A stretch of DNA of 64,000 nt from Takakia lepidozioides (taxonomy: Eukaryota > Plantae > Bryophyta), in assembly GCA_030704615.1 (NCBI GenBank), contig CM060733.1, positions 18,042,001-18,106,000 on the forward strand. The letters are read 5' to 3'. The position numbers and the translations under genes were made by a program. Positions 24,203-36,701 of this stretch are shown piece by piece. Within the stretch, counting starts at the first letter, position 1; every line of letters begins with the position of its first letter. The notes under the pieces are model-generated. The model saw only the letters and a list, made by a program, of their open reading frames with translations, did no database searches and had not been told where the DNA came from.

Positions 24203-27200
24203 CTATTGATGGCCTTGACCCCCAGTGTGGAGTGCAGCAGCCTGATGGAGAAGATTAGACACAATGTCCAGGTGCTCCTTGCAACCTATTAGCTGAAGCC
24301 TACCCTCCTCAAAACTCTTTTCAAACATGTCGGCTGCTGCTGGGACTGACCTCACATACGTGCGTTTCAGTGCAGCAATGCGACTCCCTGCTTCCTTGAT
24401 TCGGGCATAGGGGATCCGGCCAGATAATACTTCTCTGACTAGAGTATCTATGACCGCGATTTGGCGTTCCCGTGTATGGGAGACCAGCAACATATCTATG
24501 CCAGCAATGACTGCTTGTACAGCCGCTTCATCCACAGTGAAGTTCTTGACTATGGCTCCCATTTCCAAGCAATCGGTCAATACAACTCCTTCAAAGAGAA
24601 GGGCATTTCGTAGGTGATCTATTGCCCCCTTGCTCAGGCTTGCAGGCCTCCCGTTCTGCTCCAATGGTCCACTGAAACAGGGTACATCAAGATGGCCCAC
24701 CATGATTGCCGCAACATCTGCTTCCACAGATTTGGCAAATGGGCATAGCTCAATATTTCTCAGTCGTTCCAGCGCGTAAGGTAGACAAGGGAGGTCAACA
24801 TGGCTGTCACAAACACTGTCCCCATGACCGGGATAATGCTTTGCACACGCTGCAATTCCTTCCTGCTGTATACCTCTGATGAAAGCATACCTACACCAAC
24901 CGGTCGATTCAACAACCCCTCAATCCCCAATCATTGCATAAAATCAAGCCTCTTGGACAACTCCAAAAGAGGTCAAACATAGACTCAGGCAGTAAATGGA
25001 GTCCAGCCACCTCTTATGAGCTCATAAGAACTCGGTCAAGTAACTCAAGATCAACAGCAGTAAATCTAGAGCTATGTCCAAGGAGGTTTTACGTATCACG
25101 TACCCAAACTCAGACACTAAGGAAGGAGAGCTCCCAAATGATCGTTTGCCAATTACAGGGTTTTGGGGATTGGTATCTACATCCACAACTGGTGCCAGAT
25201 CCATGTCAATATTCACAGCCCGGAGCTCTTTCCCTATTATACTCGCAATTGCAGCTGCAGCCTGGGTGTCGCCAGTGTTCCCCACTAATCTGGCAGGTGG
25301 AATCACTGTAAAAGGAGGTCCCAGCCTTTGGACTAAACCCCCTTCTTGGTCAACCATGATTGCCAAAGGTCGGTTGCCCGCTGCTCTCTTCAGATTAGCA
25401 CATAGATGTGCTACCTGCAAAGAGTGATGCTGGACCAATCAGAGTTTGTTGATTCAGCCATTGGAGCAACAACACTGAAACCCAAGTATAGGAAGCCAGA
25501 TGTGCACAGTGGAAAGGAAAAGTGGCTGCGCCATAGAGAAATACAGAGTATGCCAGAATCCTCATTCTCTTTTGCCTTCAATTGCTCTCCAACTCTGATC
25601 AAGACAACCCTGGCCCAGACAGATCGACCCACTTTTATTACCATAGTGGTCTGTAGCTTTGAGGTAAGAGATAAGTAATCATAAGACATGTTTACCATAG
25701 CCTTGGGGCCAGAGACCCTGTACCCAGTTTGGGCAGAATAAAAGGGAACAGACACTACCTTTGTGACGGCTCACTCCAGTAGCGGGACTTACCGTGATAT
25801 AAAACAATCTGCTCAGGCCTTCCAGATTTCCTCTAAAAAACCCTTCACACAAGCATGAATCTGCTGTGTGTGATCTGCCCCGCAGTTAGACCTCAACAGT
25901 GCCAGGGTTTTAGGCTCAACCTCGAGTTAAGACGAGAGAATATCCTCGTAAGACGTCGTTTTCCATAGCCTTGTGGCCATAGAACACGCCCAGTTTGAAA
26001 CAAGAGGGAACAGACACTACCTTTAATAGGGGCTCACTCCGGTAGTGGGACTTACCTTGGCATAAAAGTTCCGGCTTTCCATATTTCCTCTAGAAAGTCC
26101 TTCACACAAGCATCAATCTGCTATGTGTGAACTACCCAGCAAGTAGACCCCAGGGCTTTAGACTCAGCCTCGAGATTTTTTAAGTTGGTGAACAGAGGTG
26201 CAGAAACAATGTTCTTGAAGTTCCTGAAGAGGATCACTCTCTGGAGAGAATAGCCCGGACGATGTATTAGAAAATGGTTTTTGTCTTCAGGCTGCCTAAA
26301 CATTGGGCAATCACAATCTTTTTCCCTCTGCATCTGTTTATTGTTCAAATGTAGGCTCCCTGCCCTGAGTTCAAATTTCACGTTAGTGCCGAGGGCAGGG
26401 GGGCCCTTCATCATTAAGGTCCCCGCCCATGTCACAGACTGGAAACAAGTTCAGGGAAGTTTTATGCCTAACTTCATTGAGAGAGAGCGAAAGAGAGAGT
26501 TAACAGAGGTGGAGACAGTGACCTGCTCAGGGTCTTCAATGTTTCTGGCGGAAAGAATCACTCCACCCGCTCCTACAACATTTCGAAAAAAAACCACGAT
26601 TAGTCTGTCTAGCATTACCTAGGTACACAATCTGAATATTCAACACTTTAGGAAGAATGGATAAGAAAACCACACACAAAGGCAAATTAACCGAACAAAT
26701 GACAAATCAATTAGTCGAGGGCACCCAGGCAATCTATGTTGAGTGTTGTTATGGAGATTTTGTCCACTGTGGTTATGAAAACCGTCTGCCCCTATCTTTC
26801 TCTCTCCCCCTCTTTCTGCGCAAGGTTATTTTGCATGCCACACCTGAGTAGCTCCTTGGTATTGCTATCCTCGATTCTTGCATTTGGTTCCATATTGTCC
26901 TACATGTGTCCCTTGGGCCCTTTTGGCCTCTCTCTCTCTCTCTCTCTCCCTCTCAAACATCCACAGACAATGCCTATAACTTGCCATAGCTTCCCTTTTT
27001 GGCCAAGAAAATTGCCAGCCATATGAATTTGTCTGGTCTTGTTTGCTATGGCCGTACATCTCATAACCGTCCTTTCTTTCTTTCTTCTCCATCCAAATTG
27101 CCGAATCTGTTGAAATTTGAGGGTCTAGTGACCAGTTTTCAAGAGTATATCAAAAAAGACCACTCTACAAACATAGCCTTCAGAGGAGGATAAAACTGCA

Positions 27201-27641
27201 AACAACCTAAAACTTCTCTCTATGCACCTCCGTCAGTTTCCCTCGTACTGGTACACAAAAGCACACAAAATGGGTTACAAATATAACCCTGCTTGGGCCC
27301 TAGTAATCAACATGGGGAATCAATTGGACCCTGGTGAGTGACTGGCATAATATACTAAACCCTACTCTGTTACTGAAAGAGGGAGACAGCAACATACCCA
27401 TGGAAAGGAGAGTGCGGGCATGGGCATTCACAGATGTTCCTTTAAATCCGAACACCAGCATCTCCCCAACGGCCGCCCTGACCTCCCCTTCGTAAAGTTG
27501 CCAATCTTTTCGAAGTTCCAAGGACGGATTAGTGATCTTGGACGGAAAATCAACTGAAGAGTTAGATGGAAAATAGGGAGTCGGATTCTGGAGATATGAC
27601 GAGTGTGTAGATCCATCCTGACTCTCTGCATTCTCTGCCAT
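24203..27641 (-). CDS. GH3 beta-N-acetylhexosaminidase, NagZ type; exons 27641-27398, 26572-26523, 25414-25104, 24890-24203
   Basis: GT-AG introns join in frame. Motifs: VGEMLVFGF, GGVILSARNI, IMVDQEGGLVQRL, DMDLAPVVDV..NPVIGKRSFG, AACAKHYPGHGDSVCDSH (NagZ Asp-His signature), IMVGH, FEGVVLTDCLEMGAI, AGIDMLL. Confidence 0.9.
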
Positions 27642-28408
27642 GAGTTCAATTCGGGTTTTCAACTGATGCTTTATGTGACCCTCTCAGATCAAGTGCAGAC
27701 TTTTTCCATTCATGTTGCTTTTGTGACTTCCAAGAACCGAGAAGGATCACTCAGAGTCCTCGAGAACTCCAGGATGGAGGAATCCCTCGGCGACAAGCTA
27801 TCAGTGCTAAATTTATGATCAGCTTACGAACGCGATTGCATTGTTTTATGTTTAACTAATTCTTTGTTTGTCTCACACAAGTTCATAGAATGAAAGCATT
27901 CCGTCATCAAACGAAACGTTATGTAGCAGGCTCTACAACACACTCTAAAGTCTTAGTTCTGTTAACTAACGAATTATGTTACAGGTTTTTCCTTTATCTT
28001 TTCTTTGTTTGGTTTTCCTTTTGTGTCCTAATCCTGTCTGTAATCCGACACAGACTTGTCCACAGATCTTCGAAGTAGCAGTTACTTCCCACCAACAAAC
28101 TCACACGATTTGTTTTTCAAGACCCAGAGAGCACGAATCTTCAAGTGACAAGCCGGAGGAATCATTGGAAAATTTAGCAAGCCTTCAATCAGTGTAAGAG
28201 AATAAGAACAGTGAAGAGATTGACAGTTAGCTGGATCACCATGCTCTGCTAATTCCAGGGACAATCACTCGGTCTATTGGACCGAGGACCTGCTACCAGC
28301 TGGTGAACACACAGATGCAGAGGTCATGGAGAGCCCAACTCAAATCGGTAACCTGTCTAGCAGCTACATAAACGAGCTGGGAGCCGGATTCAAATGATAG
28401 TGTCGGTA

Positions 28409-29863
28409 TCAAAACCTTTCTGATGGGAACCCATCAACATTCTTCAAGTACCATTGTTTTGTACTTAAGCTCCGACTCGTCAAGTACATAATCACAAATG
28501 CCAGTTGGCAGACTCCCAAAACCGTTTGGCTGATCAAGGCCACGCCCAGATAATCAACCATTTCAAAAAAGTAATGAGGGCACACCATATACTCGAACAG
28601 ACCGCCATGCGGCACTGCATATTTGCGGCTGCCATCCTTGCGTAAGTTAGCCAGGACGTAGTGGTGGTACAGATTTCCAAAGATCCCCACCAAGACCACC
28701 GGTATACCCAACCACACCAAGTCGACTGATGGCGGAGGAAGATCCGAGGAGAGTACTTGTGCATACAAGAGATTGCATGCATTCAAAGTATAGCTCGACG
28801 ATATTATCAAAAAAGTCTGGGCGGCACTCCGTGTACCCGAATAGCGATGCAGGAACAGCACCTGCTCCAATTACCAAGTAGCTTTAGCATTTTAATTGCT
28901 TCGCAGTTTTCAAATGCCTGAGGAATTAGGCTAATTTTACTTCATCTGGAAACTTAGAACTGGACCAGTGATTGGTAGGAGTCATCCCCACAGATCGCAA
29001 AGAATCATTCATTCTTATTTATTGAGTTATAGTGTGACTTGTGCGATTTCCCATGAATGAAAGTCCAAATGGTCAACATACTCTCTGCAAGGCCTGCGAG
29101 ACACCTAATGTTGGTCTTATTTTGGAAAGGGAGTCAAGAATCCGGGAGACTGAGAGACTAGTGATGTACATTTGTTTCTGCAAGGGTGCCAAAGGGTTGC
29201 TGTGGTGTGAAATATGGCCCCCCTGTCAACTTTATTCACATCTTCTGAGAATCCAGCAGGTGAAAAGAGAGGAGATACTCACAAATTATAAGGTCTAAGA
29301 TCTAATCTGCTTTCATCAAGACAGAAGTAGGAAATATAAAAAGGACAGCAAAGACGCCCATACATCTGTAACAAGCTCGTAACCAGCAGAGAGAGCTTTG
29401 TTCGAATATGCATACAGGTAGATAAATTCACAAGATTTTCCCTCTCCTTAAGCCGCATACTAGGATAGAGGGACATCACCTCAAAAACCCGTTTACTGAA
29501 GTGGAGTGAGAGAGCCGCTGCAACGTACAGAACACGAGGGGCGGAATCGAATGAAGACTGTTGTAAAAAGGATGCAACACCAGTGAGTCCAACTGTCTCC
29601 AACAGTGAATGCAGGGGGAAGAATCCAAGTGTTTGTGCCAAAAATAAGGTAGAAACTAAAGCGGCTGGTAAGTAGATAACTAGCATTCCTGTCTTGCTCG
29701 TCAGTTGGAACTTCTTTTGATCAGCAACAGCAAACTTTGAATACTGGAGGCCCGTTCCTGTCATTTCGCTCCGGAACCCCAAAATCCCGGAAACCACGTT
29801 TATAGTTCCCATAAGAACGATGTAAGAGCTGCCAGGGTTCTCGTACAAGCCCATACTCGCCAT
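28409..29863 (-). CDS. 3-oxo-5-alpha-steroid 4-dehydrogenase / enoyl-reductase-like membrane protein; exons 29863-29480 and 28861-28409
   Basis: LQYSKF, LTSKTGMLVIYLPA, LHFSKRVFE|VLFLHRYS (GT-AG intron), GNLYHHYVLANLR..YAVPHGGLFEYMVCPHYFFE (Steroid_dh motif). The C-terminus is possibly frameshifted. Confidence 0.87.
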
Positions 29864-30237
29864 TATGCGTGGCCTGTGTGGGGTGTTTATGGGATTCACT
29901 CTTACTGGAGCCCTGCAAATTTGGATGACCCCGCTGTGCTGTGAACCAAACTTTGGAGATCTCAGTAGCGGGACTGAAGCTGGAAGAAGGAACCAGGCCC
30001 CGAAAGAGAGCCGATTAAGCCCCGAGTTCAAAATACCCATAGCTTTGTGAACAGGAGGAGACAAAGACTTGGTCCATCATTGTAACAGATGGATAACTCC
30101 TATGTGGATCAGTCGAGTATAGGGTGGGTCCCAGTTCTTGTCCTGTTGCTCCTCTAGCAGGCTCCCTTGTCATGTCCTCCCCTACCCTGGATTCACTTGA
30201 GCATTTTAGAATGCATTTAATTGTTGTGTAGCAATGA

Positions 30238-30465
30238 ATAGTCTGCCGGTAAGGCATGGTAGCTGTGAATTTGATTCTTGTGAGATTGCTATGTATTAGG
30301 TAACGTCCATTGGTCGCCACGTCACCTGAGATAATCTGCTCGCGGCTCCCGCCCTCTTGGGCAGATTATCTCAGGTGACGTGGCGACCAATGGACGTTAC
30401 CTAATACATAGCAATCTAAGTACAAGAATCAAATTCACGGCTACCACGCCTTACCAGCAGACTAT
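30238..30465. repeat. Near-perfect hairpin (~100-bp arms, 21-nt loop)
   Basis: AGATTGCTATGTATTAGGTAACGTCCATTGGTCGCCACGTCACCTGAGATAATCTGC (ending at 30339) is exactly complemented from 30361. The outer arms carry a few mismatches. Confidence 0.92.
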
Positions 30466-31251
30466 CCGCCGCTCGTTGGCTCTTCGGCAGATTAGGTGAC
30501 GTGGCTCCCAATGGACTTTGCCGTACATAATTTGTGTTCGCAGGAATGCGGAATGATCCAGGGTTCAAATTTCAACATCTCGTAGCACGTGAACAGCCTA
30601 TAGGAATTTTCATTTAATCTCTATACTTAGACATGGCGGGAGAGTGAGGGTGAGGACAACTTGCGCTGGTAGAAGCTGCTTGCGTCAGGTGAGGGGAAAT
30701 GCCCGGGCCGAGGACATTCACGGGCGTGAGGCCCGGCATGAGGGCGGGCCTGCTTTTTATCTAGGGCAATCTAATTGGCTGCGAATTACCCCATACCGAT
30801 TGCCCGTATTTAGCATCCTGTACAGTATATAAACGGGGTGAGCTACAAGGAATTGGAGGTTAGGCTTAGTGTTCTTGAGTTACATGCACGTGGTGGAAGG
30901 CCATATCCTGGCATGGGAGGTGTCGTCAAAATACAACACCAAAGGGCGGTACATCACAAACAATGATGAGGGCATGATAGCAGACCCGGCAGATTATGGC
31001 ATATAATCTGACCCCCCGAAAAGGCCAGAATTTCGAGCCCGTGTCACCCTGTGTTGTCTGGTATCACTTCATTTTTATACTTGGTCAAATTTTATGGCAC
31101 CAAGTGGAGTCACACTAGTCGGAGTGACACAGAAGAAAATGTCACTCCAGTGATCACTCTCACTAAAGTGATGTCACCTTGTTCTGTGTCACTCTAATTT
31201 GTGTCACTCTCGAGAGGGGCAGGGAAGATTTGAAGTCCGAAAACCAGCATA

Positions 31252-32760
31252 CAGTTGACCCCGGCTAAATGTGCCCTCTTTATATGTGTTATAAGGGTGT
31301 AATTGTTATCTTTTTTCTTACTCCCTAAAATTTTACATTATGCTGCAGTAGGGATGTTATATGTTAAACGTTACAAAAATGGTACTCCCTCCTTTGTGAC
31401 CCTTGATATAAGTTAAGGCCGCCTAAAGTAGGTTGAAACTTGAAACATAAATAGATCCATTGACATTTCATTAAGAAATAAATAATGTGGAACCACTGCC
31501 ATGTGACCGTCTGAACTAATAAAAGGATGGATGTCTAGCAAATTGGCTCTATATAATGCACTGTAGTTAGACAATAATGAAGAAGCTGAAGAAGTTCGAC
31601 AATATGGAATCTTACGAGGTCATCGTTCTTGAGAAATTTAGGAACCATAGTTGTCTTTACTACTATATTTGTAAAACCTCCGTTGATCCATGTGCAAACG
31701 TTGAAATTGAAGATGACAAAGACGAACCTATTTTAGATCTAATGGCACGAGTGACATTTGCCAATGTTCAGGAAGCATTCAAACTCATTAATATGTTTCT
31801 AGAACAACAACCCTTGGGAGACACTTTATAATAGGGTTAGATCTGTAGATCAAAATAGTCTAAGTATCTACGTTGCGGTTGCAAATTGTCCAGATGACAC
31901 TATTGACAGTTATTTGCAGTCGATTTGACATGTAACTGTAAATGTTATTTTATTGAAATCATCCCTTGTTACTGTTACATGGATAAATGTTAACCCTTAA
32001 ACGTCCACCAGCCAGAGTTGACTTTTTTTTCCCAAAAAGAGACCCCTGCGTGGAAATCCAGCCGTAACTTGAAGGAAAAAAGTAATTTTGCAATTCTGAC
32101 ATGACATTTTGTGGTTACCTACCTGACAAGGTTACTGGCCAAATTACAGGCCAATCAACGTTGATCTGGCGAAATGTCACCGTTGCGAATTTGGGCAAAT
32201 TGATACTTTATTTTTGCTATTTTCCAATTCCAGGGAAGTTTTTTGGGTTTTTCAATATCGGATGACGTCCATTCAGCCTGAGGTTTTACGTGTTTCATCC
32301 TTGCGAGACGGGCGTTCCAACGAGCTACAGATAGGGGGAATCGGGTGAGATCTGAGAGCAGGGGAAATGGTCAAACCCACCCGGAAGCCAAGTCACGTGG
32401 AAGCACGAGCTTGCGAGCTGAGAACGAGAGATTCCAAAACGTGGGACCGCCCGCAGATTGTTGGCGGGAGCCGACCCCCTTCTCTTTGCCAGCCCAAAAC
32501 CTAAAAAGATCGGGTTCAATCAAACCCAGACCTGGGCCCTACACCTGGTCAAATAAAACTTGGCCAAATTTCAGCCCAAAATAAGAAAATCCGAAAAAGT
32601 TATTCAGTTTTATCGTTTTGAAACGGCCAGTTTTTGGCTGGTGGGCATTTAAGGGTTAAGAAGAGTCTTGGTCGCCCTCTTTAATTGGTAATATGTTATT
32701 ATTCTATTTTTGTTATTTTTTTCTTACTCCCAAGGCGTAACAATAAAAGAGGGTAGACTA
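31252..32760 (+). mobile_element. Possible pogo/Tigger-like remnant hosting a piggyBac MITE
   Basis: Starts TA-CAGTTGACCCC. The fragments EIEDDKDEP..VTFANVQEAFKLINMFLEQQ and downstream TIDSYL resemble pogo/Tigger transposase C-termini. TIR pairing is poor. Confidence 0.35.
31994..32655. mobile_element. piggyBac-type MITE (662 bp), a separate family
   Basis: TTAA at 31990-31993 and 32656-32659. 21-bp TIR CCCTTAAACGTCCACCAGCCA with 19/21 match. Confidence 0.88.
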
Positions 32761-35700
32761 TATTGTGTTGTGCATGCTTGCATTAAGTTCTTACATTATT
32801 ACTTTGTTCTCCGTGAAAACATAGTATACACACATTTTATATAGCTTCTCATGGCATAGGGCCCACCCCTAACAAGGCAGTAGCCGCAAGGCGAAGTGGC
32901 TCTTAGTTATGCCGGTGGCGGCCGGAGTCTTCTCTCTCTATATCTTCTCATTGAAAGATAGCAGCGTCTGCAATGCGTGCGTGTGGCTGCGGCGGGCCCG
33001 TGTATGGTAGAGGGGTCTAGGAGGGTGGGTTTGATTCAGTTTGCTAGGTGGGTGGGTCGGACTCAGTGTGCTGGGTGGGTCGGGTGGGCAAGCCAGTTTG
33101 TTGGGCCCACAAAACACATAAAATACACATGTAAAAAATTAGTTATTTCAAAGGTTTGTAGAAAGCAGTGGGTAGTGTGGTAGTTAAGAGCAATGAATAA
33201 TAAGCACGAGGTTTAGTGTTCAATTCTTGTCATGTCGTATTGTGGTAGTAATTTGTGTTATTTAAATATACATTTTGTCTAAGTCTGCTGGAGGGTCTGC
33301 CAGTCCGCTTGAAGGTTGGAGTCCGTCCGCTCGAAGGTTGTAGTCAGTCTGCTCGAGGGTCTGCCAAGTCCGTCGCGGTAGATGAATAAGGACTTGGAAA
33401 AATTTCAGAATCCGGCAAACCGAGTGAATGGGCGGTGCGCTTATGAGCTCCCCATGGGCGGCCCATAGGCTCATTGAAGACGCTATTAAAAAATCACTGG
33501 CATATATATAAGAACGGTGAATGTGGGCTTACAGTAAAAGAGAGAGAACAACTAGGAAAGGATGAAGAGGTCTCAGAAGGTTGAATGACGGATGCTTATA
33601 GGTGGAAGTGAGAGAAAGATTGTCCAAGTTACACACGGAGATCATTGAGGGAAAGACCATTGCAGGAGTGCTACACCGCGCTGTTGAACTCATAGGTATT
33701 TGTTTGAAACTATCCCATGCATTTGAGAAACAATTTATTGGTTCCCTTCAACGTTGGGTCTAGTAGATGGCAGTTCTTCTTCAAAACTTGACCTCAACTC
33801 ACCCAATTTATTGCTAGTTTTGAAACACTAGCAAGATAAGGTGTTTGTGGAGAGACCATGTGTGCTGCAGCTGCAGACATATGTGAAAAGTGACAACCAG
33901 CATATATCCCACTGAGAGGGATCAGATGATGCAATCTAATCTTTGGTGCCTGGCATGCAAGGAGTGGTCAACAAGAAGTACAATAGGCCTAGAGGGGACA
34001 ACGCGCATGGTTTGTATTTGGAATATTGTCATATCCTAGAGCACTGAGTGCATGGTTTCAGCTCAAGTTTCCACATTTGGTGCGTAGTACCCTGGGAAGC
34101 TTAGGGGTGGTCCTTGCAGTCTACATTATCATGCGTTTGTTGAACAGGTACAGTTGACTGTGCCTAATACTCTAAAAGCAATGTTTGATTTCCATTGCGG
34201 GCATGCACAAGAGGGCTTGGTCATCTATAGTTTTGTTCTATGTTCAATATGCTATCAGTAGATCATTTTTATACCCGGAACACAACTGTTGCCATCCATT
34301 GGTGGGTCATAAAGGTTAATTGTTTGGATGATCTAGAATGTGTCATTCACTGTGCAATATGTATGTGCTAGGGTGAGCAAAGCTAGTGGTAGTGCTCAGG
34401 CCAAACTGTCATACTGTTGTAGGAGCACATTTTAGCATTCATAGTTGGGTAGATTTCGCAAACACAGTTCGTGGGTCCAGAAGTCAACCACTTGGTTCAT
34501 CGTAGTATTGATTATGTATAACCACTTGACAGGTGGTCAGGTCCACAGTAAATACCTTTGCGGCTTTCACTTGTTTTGTAGAAGGTGAGAGCATCCCCAC
34601 TGGTGTCCCTAAATGCCACGGCAACGGTATTTGAGCCCCCGACCCTGGTATCCACACCCCCGGGCCCGTACTTTGGTGCATGATACGGGCCCTCGTCAGC
34701 CCGGCCGGCACCTGCTGGAGAGACTATTGCGTGATGGTAAGGCGACGTTTGCCAGGTGGTCCCTCCGTAGCCAAGCACGTCATAAAAAATGACATGTGCA
34801 AGGTAGTTTGATGGGGTTGCCGCTAGGGGAGAGGAGTGTTCGAGCCCGCGGGAGGTTACCGTTGCAGTGGTGTTTAGTGTACCCCCGGTGGAGATGCTCT
34901 GAGATATTGAGCTTAGAGGTCCCCTCTATTTCTCTCTCTCGTATTGCATGGGTGCAATGAACTAGTTAAAATTCATGTGGCCAGTATGTGTCTCTAAAAT
35001 GCAGCTCTCTGTAGATAGCAATTTGGATGGTCTTAGCACATGTCAATTTAGAGGGAGGAAGCAGGTGGTTTGCATTAGAGTCGGGTGATTCCGGTCGGAG
35101 TGCCAGGTGGTGGTATCCGTAGGGCTAGCGTGTACGAGTACACTATGAGAAGTGACTGCGGAGCTTGAGGAGGGCTTACCCCCTTCTTGTATAGATTGAT
35201 AATGACCCCTTGTCACTAGCGAAAGGGGATCATTTCAGACCTCCAGATACGGTTAAAGAGAAGTATAAGACCCTCTATCATGCGGTTGCCACCGTGGTTG
35301 ATAAGCTCGTTGACTATACCATCAGGTCCACCAGTTTTATATCCATTTAAATGCTCAATTGCTTACACAATCTCAAAAGAACTAATGGGAGCATTGTAAG
35401 CCTTTGAAATATACTCCAATTCATCAGGGTTGTCTTGAATCATAGAACAATTTTCCCAACTGTGTCCTTCTATTCTTCATAGGACCCCTCACTGTTAGAC
35501 CTAGAAATTATGCCAAGGATACTATAGTGGGCCAGGGCTTCAGGCTCAGCCTCAAGATTTTCAGAGTTGGAGAGTTGAGGTGAGCTTTAGTCTTCGTATC
35601 TCAATTTTTTCAATGGCACCATTTGATGTGGAAGTCTTGGCCATAAGGCTACGGCAAACAACATCTTATGAGTATATTATCCTTGACAAACTGATCAATT

Positions 35701-36701
35701 CTGATATCTATTATTGAAATTGCAACTTGATAGTACACTAACCTCATATAACCACAAACACATGTTAATTTGTATGGTATTTTTTTGAAGTAATCGTTGA
35801 GGGGAGGAAAGTGTGGAATAGAATAACAAAGTTATGTATATGTTTTGAGGAAAAATTAACACAATGTTAACTCTTCACCTTTTCCAACTCATGAGGACAA
35901 TTCTTTGCCACAAGACTTTCAACAAACACACCACCTATAGAGATGAACTTCCTGACTGAAATAAATAGATGAAACCCCATACAAAAGAATGTTGGCGACT
36001 TCTCAATGTAGTTATTAACTGATGAATTGAATCAAATTGGATAATTTATCTGTGTACATACAAAATTGGATTTAGCTCTATGATGCCACGTGTTTGGAAA
36101 ATAGTAGTTAGAATAATTATTTTTATTTCGTATTTTTGTTATTGACATTTGGTTTTGGACCATTGGAGTACGTCCACATATCAAATAACATATTGAGCGG
36201 CAAACCTCATGACTTGGCATGTGGAAGGTTACCTCCACGTCGTGGTAGTAATCTCTCTCTCTCAAGTTGAGCATCTATAGCCCGAGCTAGCCTTTATAGC
36301 TCAATAAGTAAGAAAGAACTTGAGTAGGTATCAAGAGAGGACTTTCTATACTGTCAGTGCTCTTGGTTTGATTTAGGCTTGAGTGATATATTCATGTTGT
36401 GTAGTACTACTAGAGATACTTACGTTTTAGGTATTTGGTGAGTGTTTTGCAATTTTTGCTTAAGCAAATCCTTGTGCACAATATTTCCTATATTTCTTGG
36501 ATTGCCTCATGAATGAATCCCAAATTATAGTATCTTCTAATATCTTGATTAGATAATATTTTGGATTTGGATTTGAAATTATGGTTGTGAAGCGAAAATT
36601 AGAGCCATGCAAGAGCTTATTGAACTGTCGTATAATTAGCAAGAATTGTTCTTCATTGTACAAGTCTTAATTATTAAATACTGATCAAACTTAATTTGAA
36701 G

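Noticed and set aside
25690-26200. Two ~250-bp related segments in a GH3 intron, with a similar piece near 35530-35680
   Set aside because: They look like an ordinary decayed repeat or local duplication, with no termini or coding signal.
29864-30064. Longer N-terminus of the 261-aa reductase ORF
   Set aside because: It starts at a non-canonical codon in the ORF track and family similarity begins only near the ATG at 29863. An upstream in-frame ATG cannot be excluded.
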